From: Bdellovibrionota bacterium
GTDB taxonomy: Bacteria > Bdellovibrionota_C > UBA2361 > JBGSMV01
Length of the DNA: 64,000 nt
Direction: 5' to 3'
Assembly: GCA_041739995.1 (NCBI GenBank)
Contig: JBGSMV010000015.1
Location: forward strand, 75,854-139,853
Below are positions 48,630 to 59,167 of this stretch, piece by piece (the first letter of the stretch is position 1; the number at the start of each line of letters is the position of its first letter). The notes under the pieces were generated by a model. It was given only the letters and a program-made list of their open reading frames with translations, had not been told where the DNA came from and searched no databases. The translations under genes were made by a program, and so were the position numbers.

Positions 48630-50012
48630 ATGAAAAAATCAACCTCAAAGGGCTCAGGTCAGACTAAGGCAACACCGAAACCCAGCCTTCTCGCGAAAGA
48701 GAGTTTGTCGCGCGCCCTGGACGCCCTAAAAAACTCGCCTCGCTATGAGATTTTAAGAGGTCTGAGCGCCTCGGCACTGATTAAGGATACAAAGAACGAC
48801 TACACCGAAATTGCTTCATTCTCACTGGAGGATTTAGTCACGCTCGGCACCAAAGAGCTTACTACTCTAAAAGGTCTCTCGACCGCCCACTTCCAACATA
48901 TCGCTGAAGGGATCCGGCTGGTCGCATCTCAGCCAGCTTCTCCAACAGCCGAATCGCAAGATCCCAGCTCAAGCGCTACCGTCAGCTCTCCCGATTTTCT
49001 TAAGTCAAAACTTTCAAGCTCACGCACCGACGGTGCCCTCGATTATCGCTCCTCAGAAGCTGAGCTGACATTTCTCAAGCTCCTACAATCTGCACGGACG
49101 CACTCCTTTCAAGATTCAGATCTTTCGCGTCGCCTCGCAGATCTCTGGGAGCCTTCATGGCCGAGCGCCCCATTCGAGCAGCAACTCACGCTCAAACAGT
49201 TGCTTGATTTAGATGTCGAAGTGATTCTTAGGAAACGGTCATTCACCGCCATTAAACTCGCCACTCTTACCAAGCTCGTCGAGAAAGTCCTTCAACTGCC
49301 TGAACAGTCAGATCGAAACGGTGAGTCTGAAGGAGCACTATCGCGAACATCAAAGCAATCTAGCCCACACTCCGAGACTCCGCGCGTTCATACCCTGGTT
49401 GGGGCGGAAGATTTAGTAAGTAAGGCAATGGCTTCGGCTTTGTGGGGATTTGAAGAGTTCCTGCTGCAGCTTCCAGAAGAGCACCCTCTCCATAGAATTT
49501 TTATCCCTTTAGACAAAATTATCAGCGCCCCCGACCTCGCAGCGTTAATGTCTTTGGATGAAGAACCTACATCTCCTGGATCTGAAACTGCCGTACTCGA
49601 TGTGCCGCTCTCCGCGGTTAGCCGGCGCGTAAAGGAAAATGACCCGGCACTCGCATCCAGTTGGACCGCAAGTCTATCGGGACCAGGAGTTCATCTAAGC
49701 CAGCTGTGTGAGATGGTGCCACCCCTTCAGCCGGGGCTTCTTCAGAAACCTGGGCAGGCGTCCTTCTCCAGTCCTTTTGTCCAGGCAGTCACTATTTGTA
49801 TCCGCGCCCTTGGCGCTACTCCAGTCTTGTTCAAGAACGCTCCTGTGGCTGGATATTGGTCACTGAACTCTGCCGTATTTTCGATGCTTGCTGAGTCTCT
49901 CCTGCCTCAGCTGCGCTCCGAGCCCGCAAAGGCACGCAGCTTGCTTGCTAAGACCTTCCCGCTTTTTAAGTCCAGCACTCTAGACACCCTGGCGAGCAAC
50001 TTATTGGAATAA
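48630..50012 (+). CDS. Hypothetical protein
   Basis: 460-aa ORF co-oriented with the upstream gene; an HhH-like segment (ELTTLKGLS) is weak. Confidence 0.65.
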   Translation: MKKSTSKGSGQTKATPKPSLLAKESLSRALDALKNSPRYEILRGLSASALIKDTKNDYTEIASFSLEDLVTLGTKELTTLKGLSTAHFQHIAEGIRLVASQPASPTAESQDPSSSATVSSPDFLKSKLSSSRTDGALDYRSSEAELTFLKLLQSARTHSFQDSDLSRRLADLWEPSWPSAPFEQQLTLKQLLDLDVEVILRKRSFTAIKLATLTKLVEKVLQLPEQSDRNGESEGALSRTSKQSSPHSETPRVHTLVGAEDLVSKAMASALWGFEEFLLQLPEEHPLHRIFIPLDKIISAPDLAALMSLDEEPTSPGSETAVLDVPLSAVSRRVKENDPALASSWTASLSGPGVHLSQLCEMVPPLQPGLLQKPGQASFSSPFVQAVTICIRALGATPVLFKNAPVAGYWSLNSAVFSMLAESLLPQLRSEPAKARSLLAKTFPLFKSSTLDTLASNLLE

Positions 50013-50369
50013 ATGCCCTTTCAGCTTTCATGATCGAACTTCCTAGATCGTGAGGCCTAATTCAATCTAAAGGCCTCTGATACCGCCTCGGAAAGTAGCT
50101 CTGGAAAATTCACAACCTCATGTTCCATTAGGTACTTACGGGAACAAACTGCGCCAAAATTATTTTCATTTTCTTCACGCGCAACCGTTCAACTATACCT
50201 GCATCTGAAGTGAGCACATTCGCGTGTGGCGCTCGTCTCCACTTAGGGTCGAGCACTTGGTGCCTGATCCTATGGGTCAGCCAGGAGGTTCTCACATCAA
50301 CAAAAACTTACAGAATGCGAAGCTTCATTCGCATAATGTGGGATTTAGCATGAGAGGCTTCAGGCAGGT

Positions 50370-51230
50370 ATGAGCAGCGCCAAAGCAACCCATCAGCACT
50401 CAAATTCTCGATCACTTTCACACGAGCATGTGTGGACTGAGATTCTTCTCCATCTTCACTCTCCAAGTTCGAGCAAAGCGCTCCATGAGTTGGGTGGTCA
50501 CTACCAACAACTGGTACAAGGTGGTCGCACCCCACGCAGCACGTTCGAGCGCGAAGCTTTCGCACACCTTAAACAAGCGGTAAGTGACTTCGTCTACTCA
50601 GCCATCGCTCGCACCCGTGAGCGAGCATCGCAAGATGGCTCCGTGGCAGCGACTCCGTGTATAACGTCTGTAAGCATTCGAGAAGAATTCTTTACGATCA
50701 AAGAAACCGGGGAAGTGCGCGAGCTCTGCATGCTCGTTCAGCTCCAAGATGCGCTTGGAAGAACCTCGGTGTTTAGCGACGGCTTGCTCTCCTACCCGAC
50801 CCGCAACCCGATGCTCATTTACGTGCGATGCAAGGATTGGGAAACGTTTTCGTTTGATTATGATGTGCTTTTTTCTCGCTCCGCATTCCTGGAAGAGATC
50901 GAAGTGGTAAGACTGCTACTCGACCCTTTTAACGCTACTCATCGGCGCAAGGCCTTACTCCCGGTCACCTACTTTGCAATTGAGCGCGCTGCCCTTTCAG
51001 CATGTGGGGTTCCACCGTGCCAGAATGCAGCATTAACTACCTGCATGGCCGCCACAATCGATAATATCACTGTTATCGATCGTGGAATGAAGGAGGTCCC
51101 CGCGTTCCTGGTGCACGTGAGCTGGGGAGCCGGGCTATCTCAGCGCTGTCTGGTACGCTTCGGCTTTAGCGCGGAGTTGCCTTTCCCCATCACCAGGACA
51201 ACCCTGTTGGCAGATGAAGGATTTGCTTAA
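50370..51230 (+). CDS. Hypothetical protein
   Basis: 286-aa ORF; no motif recognised. Confidence 0.6.
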   Translation: MSSAKATHQHSNSRSLSHEHVWTEILLHLHSPSSSKALHELGGHYQQLVQGGRTPRSTFEREAFAHLKQAVSDFVYSAIARTRERASQDGSVAATPCITSVSIREEFFTIKETGEVRELCMLVQLQDALGRTSVFSDGLLSYPTRNPMLIYVRCKDWETFSFDYDVLFSRSAFLEEIEVVRLLLDPFNATHRRKALLPVTYFAIERAALSACGVPPCQNAALTTCMAATIDNITVIDRGMKEVPAFLVHVSWGAGLSQRCLVRFGFSAELPFPITRTTLLADEGFA

Positions 51231-51264
51231 CCATTTCCTCTAAATTCGTCTTTACGGCCCCCAA

Positions 51265-52620
51265 GTGGTTCCAAGCGCGACTCAATCTGATACGGTTGCA
51301 AAACCGATGTTATTTCGATCTCGTCAAAGTGCGCACTTAGACTCTGAGTCGACAGAAGCTCCTCGAGAGCCGCCGACTCGCGCTCCTTTACCCTCTAGCT
51401 CAGGCTCACTCACTGGCTCTAGTTCACTGGCAGGGCTCCTGCTGTTGTGCGTGGCCATGCTGCTTCTTGCCACGCACCTTAACCCTTCAGATTCCAGCTT
51501 TATCCGCTTGGTTCGAGCTTTTGCTGAAGCCGCCCTAGTGGGTGGTATTGCCGACTGGTTCGCAGTCACCGCACTATTTCGCCGACCCGCTGGGCTCCCA
51601 ATCCCCCACACCGCCATTCTGCCGCGCAATCAAGCCAGGGTCGCACAAGGTGTTTCTGAATTCGTCGCTGATAATTTCTTCTCATCCTCCGCTTCACCAC
51701 TAGGCGACGACCGTGCCGCAGCCATGGTGGCCTCAGCCCTGGAGCAGTTATCTGAAGAAGCAACGCGCGAAAGCGTCTCACGAAACATCTGCATATCGCT
51801 TGGTTTCGCACTTAGATACCTTGAGCACACCGATGCCGGCCGCCGCGCAACACACTCACTCTTCGAACAGCTAGTTCGCGGCACCCCAACTGCAGACACT
51901 CTGGCAGATGGCATTGAGCTACTCTTCAGGGACCCCTATCAAAAACGCGCAGTAACCGAGATGCTTCGGCTCACGCAGCGTGGTCTTCATCACAATCGAA
52001 TAAGCGTCATTAATTGGATCGGGCGAGTGGCTCCCTGGTTTATTCCTTCACCGATTACGCGCTCAATGGCGAGCATGGTAACGACGAAGGTGGAGGAACT
52101 GCTTCAAAAGATGATCGCAGAGGAGAATCACCCCTCACGAGATGCGCTCAGAAACAGTCTGGAGCGAATGATTCAATCACTGCGAGCGGACGACACTTGG
52201 CGCAGACAACTAGATCAACTTCGGGATGAAATCCTGGGAAACACCAATCTCGCTACGTATTCGTCATCACTAAGCACCGCCATTATTGGACTCATTCAAG
52301 AAGATCTCTCTGCTCCGTCGTCGCGCATCGGCATCGCTGTGGAAGAAGCTCTCGCTGTATCCGTTGTATCACTTAAAGAACACCCAGAAACTCAGGCCGA
52401 AATAACTTCGCTTGTGAGTGAAGTTTCCAAGACTCTCTTTTCCCCACAGCGCTCAATGGTAAAGGACACTGTTTACCGTATTGTGATGGACTGGGATTCC
52501 AAAACTTTTGTCGAGCGCATCGAGGGGTATGTGCGAAGAGATTTGCAGTATCTAAGAGTGAACGGAACGCTCGTTGGAGGATTGGTAGGAATTGTCTTAC
52601 ACCTGCTTTTGTCCAGATGA
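51265..52620 (+). CDS. DUF445 family membrane protein
   Basis: AEAALVGGIADWFAVTALFRRP..LPIPHTAI; DLQYLRVNGTLVGGLVG. Confidence 0.93.
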   Translation: MVPSATQSDTVAKPMLFRSRQSAHLDSESTEAPREPPTRAPLPSSSGSLTGSSSLAGLLLLCVAMLLLATHLNPSDSSFIRLVRAFAEAALVGGIADWFAVTALFRRPAGLPIPHTAILPRNQARVAQGVSEFVADNFFSSSASPLGDDRAAAMVASALEQLSEEATRESVSRNICISLGFALRYLEHTDAGRRATHSLFEQLVRGTPTADTLADGIELLFRDPYQKRAVTEMLRLTQRGLHHNRISVINWIGRVAPWFIPSPITRSMASMVTTKVEELLQKMIAEENHPSRDALRNSLERMIQSLRADDTWRRQLDQLRDEILGNTNLATYSSSLSTAIIGLIQEDLSAPSSRIGIAVEEALAVSVVSLKEHPETQAEITSLVSEVSKTLFSPQRSMVKDTVYRIVMDWDSKTFVERIEGYVRRDLQYLRVNGTLVGGLVGIVLHLLLSR

Positions 52621-52796
52621 ATCAGCTTGAGGTTCTAGTGTTCCGTAGCAGAAATAGATAGACAATCAGCTGGGCGAGGAAGCGGAGCAGTTGTGTGGTT
52701 TTCGTTGTATTAGTGGCAGGGAGTAGTGAGAACCGCGTAGATACCAAAGCCAGTGATGGCTAGTTGTTCTGAGTCTATTTCTTGAGAGAGTTCTTT

Positions 52797-53140
52797 ATGG
52801 CAGCGAAGAAGGCATAAACGCGAGTTATTCGGACAGGCGAACATCGAGTAAAGATCTTCAACTCGGGGCTGGAAGTCTGGGCCTACGATGAAGAAAACCT
52901 TCCCGCGCTTAGAAAGGCAGAGCCTCTTGCACTTGGCCAGCCTGAGACTCCTCTGTCGGAGCTTGTTAGTAAGGGCATACTTTTTGGGTACAGCCTTAAT
53001 CAGGACGACGAACTGGATATTGTGGTGATCGGCGGCAACAAGCTCTCGGTGAAGGAGCTTGGCATTGCCGAATGGCTTGAGCCGCAGACCGCTTTTCTAT
53101 CCGTTCCCTCGGGCCGCCTATGCATGGATTACTTCCAGAT
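52797..53140 (+). pseudogene. Disrupted hypothetical gene (nonsense codon, truncated by IS remnant)
   Basis: ATG 52797 MAAKKA, in-frame TAA at 52815, then an open frame (TRVIRTGEHRVKIFNSG...YSLNQDDELDI...LSVPSGRLC) running into the IS91 fragment. Confidence 0.5.
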
Positions 53141-53148
53141 GCACCTAC

Positions 53149-53415
53149 CTACGGCGAGAGGTCAAAAGCCTCCTTTTTTAAGCCCCGAAAGACCTGGCCG
53201 ATTACTCGGTTGGGGAAAAGGAAGTTTTCCTTGAATACATGCACCGAACCATCTTTCTTAATGCCTACTCCTGGAATGACACAGTGCAGATGGTAGTGGG
53301 GCATCAAAGCCTGCCCCCAAGAGTGGCGCACTGTGAAAAAGCCAATCTGGAAATCGAAGTTATTTCGGGAAATGGTAGTAAGGGTATTGTTTAGAGCTCG
53401 AAAGAATATGTCGTT
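53149..53415 (-). mobile_element. IS91-family (HUH/Y2) transposase fragment
   Basis: Minus frame reads IFFRALNNTL...GFFTVRHSWGQALMPHYHLHCVIPGVG...FLFPNRVIGQVFRG, matching the IS91-type HTWG..L..HPHxH motif; only about 90 codons remain. Confidence 0.8.
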
Positions 53416-53521
53416 CCGTCTTCGACTGACTCATTGCGACCAGTCGACGCTGCCAAGCACTGAGATTTTGCAGGAGTCTTACTACCAAATTGTAAAGAAG
53501 CTTTGGTACCACTACCCTAGT

Positions 53522-53836
53522 TTAATCTTGCATCAATTTGGCAAGTGCCTGCTCAACGCTTTCTTCAGTAAGTGGTCGCGCAAGCGCCAGGGTAGGGAGT
53601 CCCTTCACGGCTTCGCGGTTTCCAACGATTAGGCAGTGACGATACTGGTCAGGAGAAATTTCTGGGAAGTAGCGTGGCTCAGTGACGATTCTGGTCTTTC
53701 CCGTTAGCTGGGCGGATGAACTGAGAAACGACACCTCGGCGCCTTGAGCCTCAAGCAATTCGGCAAAGATCGAGGCAACATCGCTGTCGCTAAAGAGCAC
53801 GCTCACCGCTGGTGACGGGTTATCAGAATTGGCCAT
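53522..53836 (-). CDS. Small receiver-like (degenerate) protein
   Basis: VSVLFSDSD...LLEAQGAEV...LARPLTEESV beta/alpha pattern; GGAAGG upstream. Confidence 0.55.
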   Translation of the reverse strand: MANSDNPSPAVSVLFSDSDVASIFAELLEAQGAEVSFLSSSAQLTGKTRIVTEPRYFPEISPDQYRHCLIVGNREAVKGLPTLALARPLTEESVEQALAKLMQD

Positions 53837-54139
53837 ATTCTTTTGATGTGACAGCCTTCCTGGGGGCTCAGGAATACCAGAGGAAATTTTCTCGCGTTAT
53901 TCTGCAGCGTTAACCGAAAAATCGGAGCAAATAAGGGCCTTTTGATTGCGCTTAGAACCTGCACCAGGCCAGTCATCAGGGGCCCCCTAGGCCCAAGTGT
54001 CTCGCATACTCAATCCCATCGACTATGCCAAAATCGAAATTCAGGGCAGAATCGAGCACTTACGGGGCCCCAACACAGAGAGCCTGCTTGCTCGTTGCTC
54101 TAAACCCCGCTGAGATTGACCCCAGGACACTAGCTAGTC

Positions 54140-55633
54140 ATGTTGAAGCAAAATTGGCGATTCATCTCGAGACTCCAGAGGGTCGGCGATTCTCTGATAA
54201 TAGTCGCTGCGTTCTTTCTCGCGTATGTGGGTCGGGATGCGCTTCTGTTCTGGAACGATCTTTTCCAACTCCAAATTCCATTTCGTGGCAGCGACTTGGC
54301 GCCTCTTAAAGATAATTTTATTGTTCTCTTTATTGGGCTGATTGCGTTTCAAGTCTCACTTTCAGTGCTGGGCGCTTATAACAGCATGCGCCTAATCACC
54401 TCAGTGCAGCTCTTCGGGATCTTTCTGATCAGTGCGGCCTTCGTTTTCATTACCCTAGCCGCCTCTTTGTTCTTGCTAAAAATCGACCTTAGTAGAAGTT
54501 TTCTTGGTTTGTTTTGTGTGTTGGGCTGTCTCAGTCTCTCCGCACAACGTTTCTTAGTTCTGCACCTGCTTCGCTATTACCGCAGACGGGGCAGGAACTT
54601 TAGAAATTTGCTGATCTGCGGGACTGGAGATCAAGCAGTGCGCCTGGCCGCACAGCTTGGCGAAATGCCAGAACTCGGACTTCTCATCCGCGGGTTTGTC
54701 TCTCTTGAGGGCGAAGAACGCTTCACCCCTGAGCGCCAAAAAGAATTCAAAGACCGCCTCAGAAGTGCAGGCTATGGCACTGCAACCCGCCTCCTCACAT
54801 CTAAAACGGCGCTCGTGCGCGCTCTCTCCGAGTATGCAGTAGATGAGGTATTATTCACCGATGTCGTCGAAGTGATGCCAGTGGTCGAAGAAATGGTGAT
54901 GGTGTGCTCCGAACAGGGAATCAGAACCACATTGGTTGCCGACTTGTTTAGTGTGGGAATAGTAAAGTCTGGAATTAGTTATTTTGCAGGAATGCCGTTA
55001 ATTCATTTTCAAACACCTCCAGGCGACCGGTGGGAACTGGCCTTCAAGCGTTTTCTTGACGTCGTCTGCGCGACGATTTTGCTTGTGCTGCTTAGTCCCG
55101 CACTCATCGCCATTGCTCTGGCTGTTCGCCTCGGGTCCTCCGGCCCCGTTTTATTTGTCCAACGGCGAGTGGGACTGAACGGCAGACTTTTCAATCTCTA
55201 CAAGTTTCGTTCCATGTACATTGATGCGGACAAAGAGCTGCACGGATTAAAATCACAGAACGAGATGTCCGGGCCGACTTTTAAAATGAAGAATGATCCG
55301 CGTATCACCCCGGTCGGAAAATGGTTGCGTCGTTTCAGTCTTGATGAGCTTCCTCAGCTTTTTAACGTCCTGGTGGGAGAAATGAGTCTGGTCGGCCCTC
55401 GCCCTCCCATCCCGGGAGAAGTGAGCCTTTACGAACGAAAGGACCGCCGTCGTCTCTCGATGCGCCCTGGTCTGACTTGCACCTGGCAGGTCAGCGGACG
55501 AAGCAATATCAGCAAATTCGATGAATGGGTGAAGCTCGATCTCGAGTATATCGACAACTGGTCATTGAGTAGAGACCTTTGGCTTATGGTTCGCACTATT
55601 CCCGCAGTGCTCTTCGGTGTAGGTGCGAGGTAA
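54140..55633 (+). CDS. Undecaprenyl-phosphate sugar phosphotransferase (WcaJ/WbaP family)
   Basis: KRFLDV, YKFRSM, DPRITPVGKWLRRFSLDELPQLFNVLVGEMSLVGPRP, PGLTCTWQVSGR. Confidence 0.95.
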   Translation: MLKQNWRFISRLQRVGDSLIIVAAFFLAYVGRDALLFWNDLFQLQIPFRGSDLAPLKDNFIVLFIGLIAFQVSLSVLGAYNSMRLITSVQLFGIFLISAAFVFITLAASLFLLKIDLSRSFLGLFCVLGCLSLSAQRFLVLHLLRYYRRRGRNFRNLLICGTGDQAVRLAAQLGEMPELGLLIRGFVSLEGEERFTPERQKEFKDRLRSAGYGTATRLLTSKTALVRALSEYAVDEVLFTDVVEVMPVVEEMVMVCSEQGIRTTLVADLFSVGIVKSGISYFAGMPLIHFQTPPGDRWELAFKRFLDVVCATILLVLLSPALIAIALAVRLGSSGPVLFVQRRVGLNGRLFNLYKFRSMYIDADKELHGLKSQNEMSGPTFKMKNDPRITPVGKWLRRFSLDELPQLFNVLVGEMSLVGPRPPIPGEVSLYERKDRRRLSMRPGLTCTWQVSGRSNISKFDEWVKLDLEYIDNWSLSRDLWLMVRTIPAVLFGVGAR

Positions 55634-55641
55634 GAGCCTGC

Positions 55642-56085
55642 ATGCGAATAGTTATCCAAAGAGTAACGCACGCCAACGTCCGTATTCACGGAAGCCTTCG
55701 CGCTGAAATAGGCGGCGGACTTTTGGCCCTAGTCGGATTTAGCAAAGTCGACACTGAGCTGTGTTTGAAACCTGCACTCGAGAAGCTGCTCAACCTACGT
55801 ATCTTTAGCGACAGCCAGGGTCGCTTTTCTGAGTCTCTCAAGGACAAACAAGGAGAACTTCTGCTTGTACCTCAGTTTACCTTATTCGCCGACTGTTCAC
55901 AGGGGCGGCGCCCATTTTTTGGGGCGGCACTTGCTCCTACGGAGGCTGAAGCGCTCTTTCAAAAACTGATTCTTCTTGCCCAAGAGATGAGCACGGGCAA
56001 AGTGGCAGCCGGAGAGTTTGGAGCAAACATGCAGGTGACACTGGAGAACGACGGTCCCGTTACTATCTGGCTTGACGATCTTTAG
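55642..56085 (+). CDS. dtd: D-aminoacyl-tRNA deacylase
   Basis: MRIVIQRV, LRIF, PQFTL, GRRP, FGANMQV.LENDGPVT. Confidence 0.95.
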   Translation: MRIVIQRVTHANVRIHGSLRAEIGGGLLALVGFSKVDTELCLKPALEKLLNLRIFSDSQGRFSESLKDKQGELLLVPQFTLFADCSQGRRPFFGAALAPTEAEALFQKLILLAQEMSTGKVAAGEFGANMQVTLENDGPVTIWLDDL

Positions 56086-56467
56086 ATTTATCTTTTTCGC
56101 CCCAATACTCCTTGAGCTCATCATAGCCACCAGCATTGCTCACATTCACGAATCCCAGGCCTCGAAGCGTCGCGGCTCCCTTTGATGCACGTCGCCCACT
56201 TGCACAGTAAACCAAAATGGCATGCATTTTCTCGACTGATATTTCACCGATGCGCTCTTCGATCTCGTCATACGGAACCAATATGCTGCCCGGAATTACT
56301 CCCGACTCCACTTCATGCGGAGTGCGGACATCAATCAGGAGGGCTCCTTCGGCCACCCGTTCATAGACTAGTTGGGGCTCTAGGATGAACGGGTCAGCGC
56401 TCGCTCGGAATCCAACAAACATCAACCCAAACGCACATGCAGCGATCAAAAAAGTAGTACCTCTCAT
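56063..56467 (-). CDS. Exported rhodanese-like protein (PspE-like)
   Basis: LIDVRTPHE, VYCASGRRA, NAGGY; signal peptide. Confidence 0.9.
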   Translation of the reverse strand: MRGTTFLIAACAFGLMFVGFRASADPFILEPQLVYERVAEGALLIDVRTPHEVESGVIPGSILVPYDEIEERIGEISVEKMHAILVYCASGRRASKGAATLRGLGFVNVSNAGGYDELKEYWGEKDKSKDRQAR

Positions 56468-56542
56468 AATTACCTCTTCTGAGACTTTAGCTTGTCAATG
56501 ACGCTCCGTGTCGAGAACTCCTCCGCCAGTTCTAACCCCACT

Positions 56543-58246
56543 CTAGCGCAACCGCTTCTCAAGGCTCTCGATTCCCTCACGCATCGCAATTCTGCCCGCT
56601 TGAACATTTATCCCAAGAACAAGACATACCAGTGCAATCATCCCAGAGAAAAGCGCCAGCCCATCTGCTGAAAGAATTGCGTAAGGTCCATAGGCGAGCA
56701 GAATCCAAGCCGGAATCATGTTGAGAAAAATCAAAAATGTGGCGGCAAGCATAAACAATAGGCTCCCCACACTCCCCGCTAACTGCGATGCATGTTCCCA
56801 TTCAAAGTGAGCGAAATAAGTCCCAAAACCGATAGCAAGACCCACCACGCCATAACTCACAATCACGCTTGCGAGGCCACACAGCAGAACGATTCCAAAG
56901 TCGGCGCCGATCGCCATAGCGCCCGCGGTATAGAACACCACTGACACCAGAGCGGTTGGCAACAGCCAGAGGCGAAACTTCATCTTCACCAACTGGCTGA
57001 TCGTTATGGGACATGTTTGAAGAATCCAAAACGATCGGCCCTCCAGTGAAACCGACGGCACTACAAATCGTGTACACATCGCGGTCACGACAAAGGCTCC
57101 CATAGTGATGTTGCCAATGAAGAGAAAATTCTTCCACCATGGTCGAATCGCCTCAGGGAACGACTCCACCGCAGAAAAAAGTCTCATGTGGTACAGGTAC
57201 ACAAGTGCCAGCCCTATCAACATGAAAAGCTGTACGACTTGACTGATATCGCGGGCGAGCACGCGCACTTCCTTTCCAATCAGGCCCCGAAAAGCCGGAT
57301 CGAGAAACCCTGCAAAATACTGCATTCGCTCTTGCCCCCGACGACTTCCATAGACTGCGCCTCTGCGTTTGTTGCGAATATTCGAATAGGCCACACGATG
57401 CATGAGGCGAATGCTAAGAAAACCCACCATCACCGCCCCAAGCGCGGCACTGGCCAGAGCTACGCCGTACCACAACAGAGGCTGCTCTGCTGGACGCAAC
57501 AACTCACCCAAGGCATTACCGAGCCAGTATGAGGGCAACCAAGAAGAGGAGGGTGCTGTGATGAGCGCCATTACTCTTAGTAATTCTTGGGCACTACGCA
57601 ATGAATTCCACTCGATAGCTAAGGTATCAAGTACGATGTAGGCGACTACGAGAAGCGCTATGATAATTACCAAGAACGTCTCACGTGCCCGATATACCGG
57701 AATCGCTATCACCAAGAGTGTCGCCACCGCCACTCCGAGGCCTGCCGGAATCATGAAGTAGGGAATCATTAAAATGGGCGCAAGCACATAAAATTCCCAG
57801 GAAGCCTGATCATAAACTCCGAAGGCAAGCAACATCGGCGTAGTGAATAGAAATGGCATCCAGCTCGCCATGAGGAAGACATACAGATATTTTCCACTAA
57901 AAATGCGCCACCAAGGAGTCGGGCTGGGAAGAATGATTTCGAGATCGTCCGAAAGAAAGAATGTGCCCAGCGCCGAAAGCACCGACGAAATTCCAAGCAT
58001 CAAGAGCACCATCGCAAAAGTGAACCCCAGAAGCATGTGAGGAGGCAGCACTGCCAGTGTTGGATTCTTGCCCGCTTCTCTTAACGCCCATCCGGTGAAT
58101 ACATACACCGCGATCATCACCATCAGAGAAAAAACCATAAGAAAGGTGTCACGCCCTGCCTGTGCGCGTAGGTCGAGGCCGCGCCTCCAACGGTTTCGCG
58201 CAGAAAGAAATGTCGGACGAAACAGCAGAAAGACGTCATCGATCAT
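56543..58246 (-). CDS. Putative ABC transporter permease subunit
   Basis: About 12-14 TM; FFLSDDLEIILPSP, KEVRVLARD, PSVSLEGRSFWILQTCPI. Confidence 0.85.
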   Translation of the reverse strand: MIDDVFLLFRPTFLSARNRWRRGLDLRAQAGRDTFLMVFSLMVMIAVYVFTGWALREAGKNPTLAVLPPHMLLGFTFAMVLLMLGISSVLSALGTFFLSDDLEIILPSPTPWWRIFSGKYLYVFLMASWMPFLFTTPMLLAFGVYDQASWEFYVLAPILMIPYFMIPAGLGVAVATLLVIAIPVYRARETFLVIIIALLVVAYIVLDTLAIEWNSLRSAQELLRVMALITAPSSSWLPSYWLGNALGELLRPAEQPLLWYGVALASAALGAVMVGFLSIRLMHRVAYSNIRNKRRGAVYGSRRGQERMQYFAGFLDPAFRGLIGKEVRVLARDISQVVQLFMLIGLALVYLYHMRLFSAVESFPEAIRPWWKNFLFIGNITMGAFVVTAMCTRFVVPSVSLEGRSFWILQTCPITISQLVKMKFRLWLLPTALVSVVFYTAGAMAIGADFGIVLLCGLASVIVSYGVVGLAIGFGTYFAHFEWEHASQLAGSVGSLLFMLAATFLIFLNMIPAWILLAYGPYAILSADGLALFSGMIALVCLVLGINVQAGRIAMREGIESLEKRLR

Positions 58247-59004
58247 AATGGCGCCCTCGGCACAGAAAGACCCATCGCGGCATCGGGTAAAAATTTCCGT
58301 AGCCCTTCGGCATGTTTGCGAAATCGATCACTAAATGCATCAATGGCCAAGGCATCGGTGGACATTTCGCATGCCGCAAATGCCTCCTCTGAGGTTTCAG
58401 GATGCACTCCGAGTTCTCGGCTATACTGTCTCAACATGAGCGACATCGGCGTCTCTCTCGATCCGAGCGGCGCATATCTCATATGATACGCCTCAGACCC
58501 CGAGGGGCTCAGCTCGACTGGGCCAGGAATTACTAACTTACGCCGCGAGTCCAGCCCAAAGGCTGGCGCGATCAGAGTCACCTGGATTGGGTTAATCTCT
58601 TCTAACCCAATCATTATATTCTGATCAGCTATTTCAAACTGAATATATCCACCACCAAGCTGGCCAATCATATTAAACGCAAGGTCACCCTTGAGTGAGA
58701 TCGGAGTTACGCGTCCTTGCAGCGAAGTGCGCAGGCTGCCTGACAATATCAGTCCCATTTGCCCCTCAGTTTTCGAGAAGTCTATTTTGAGACTGCCCAC
58801 GCATTTCGCACCGTCCAGAAATGCAACATTGGTTACCCCGAGTGGTATCGGACGTTCCAGCAAGTTAGTACGACCATGAAGCTCTCGAATGTTTGACAGA
58901 GCAAAGATTAGAAGGGCACCTGCCCCGAGCAACACCATGGTTGCAATTATGAGATCTGTCCATTTTAGCATTGAGGCGTTTGGCACCAGATCCACCATCA
59001 GCAA
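58243..59004 (-). CDS. Hypothetical membrane-anchored protein
   Basis: N-terminal TM, beta-rich body; ATGA-coupled to the permease. Confidence 0.65.
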   Translation of the reverse strand: MLMVDLVPNASMLKWTDLIIATMVLLGAGALLIFALSNIRELHGRTNLLERPIPLGVTNVAFLDGAKCVGSLKIDFSKTEGQMGLILSGSLRTSLQGRVTPISLKGDLAFNMIGQLGGGYIQFEIADQNIMIGLEEINPIQVTLIAPAFGLDSRRKLVIPGPVELSPSGSEAYHMRYAPLGSRETPMSLMLRQYSRELGVHPETSEEAFAACEMSTDALAIDAFSDRFRKHAEGLRKFLPDAAMGLSVPRAPL

Positions 59005-59167
59005 ACGAAACGTTGATGGGAGTCATGGTACCCAGGTAGTCGCTCTTCGGGAAAGAGAAATCCCTAGCGCTACAAAGATCGAGTGGGAACCAGCAATGAA
59101 CCACTCCCCGCCAATAGCGGAATGGCACGTGGAGAGACGCTGAGATTGATATTTATACAGTCTGCGA

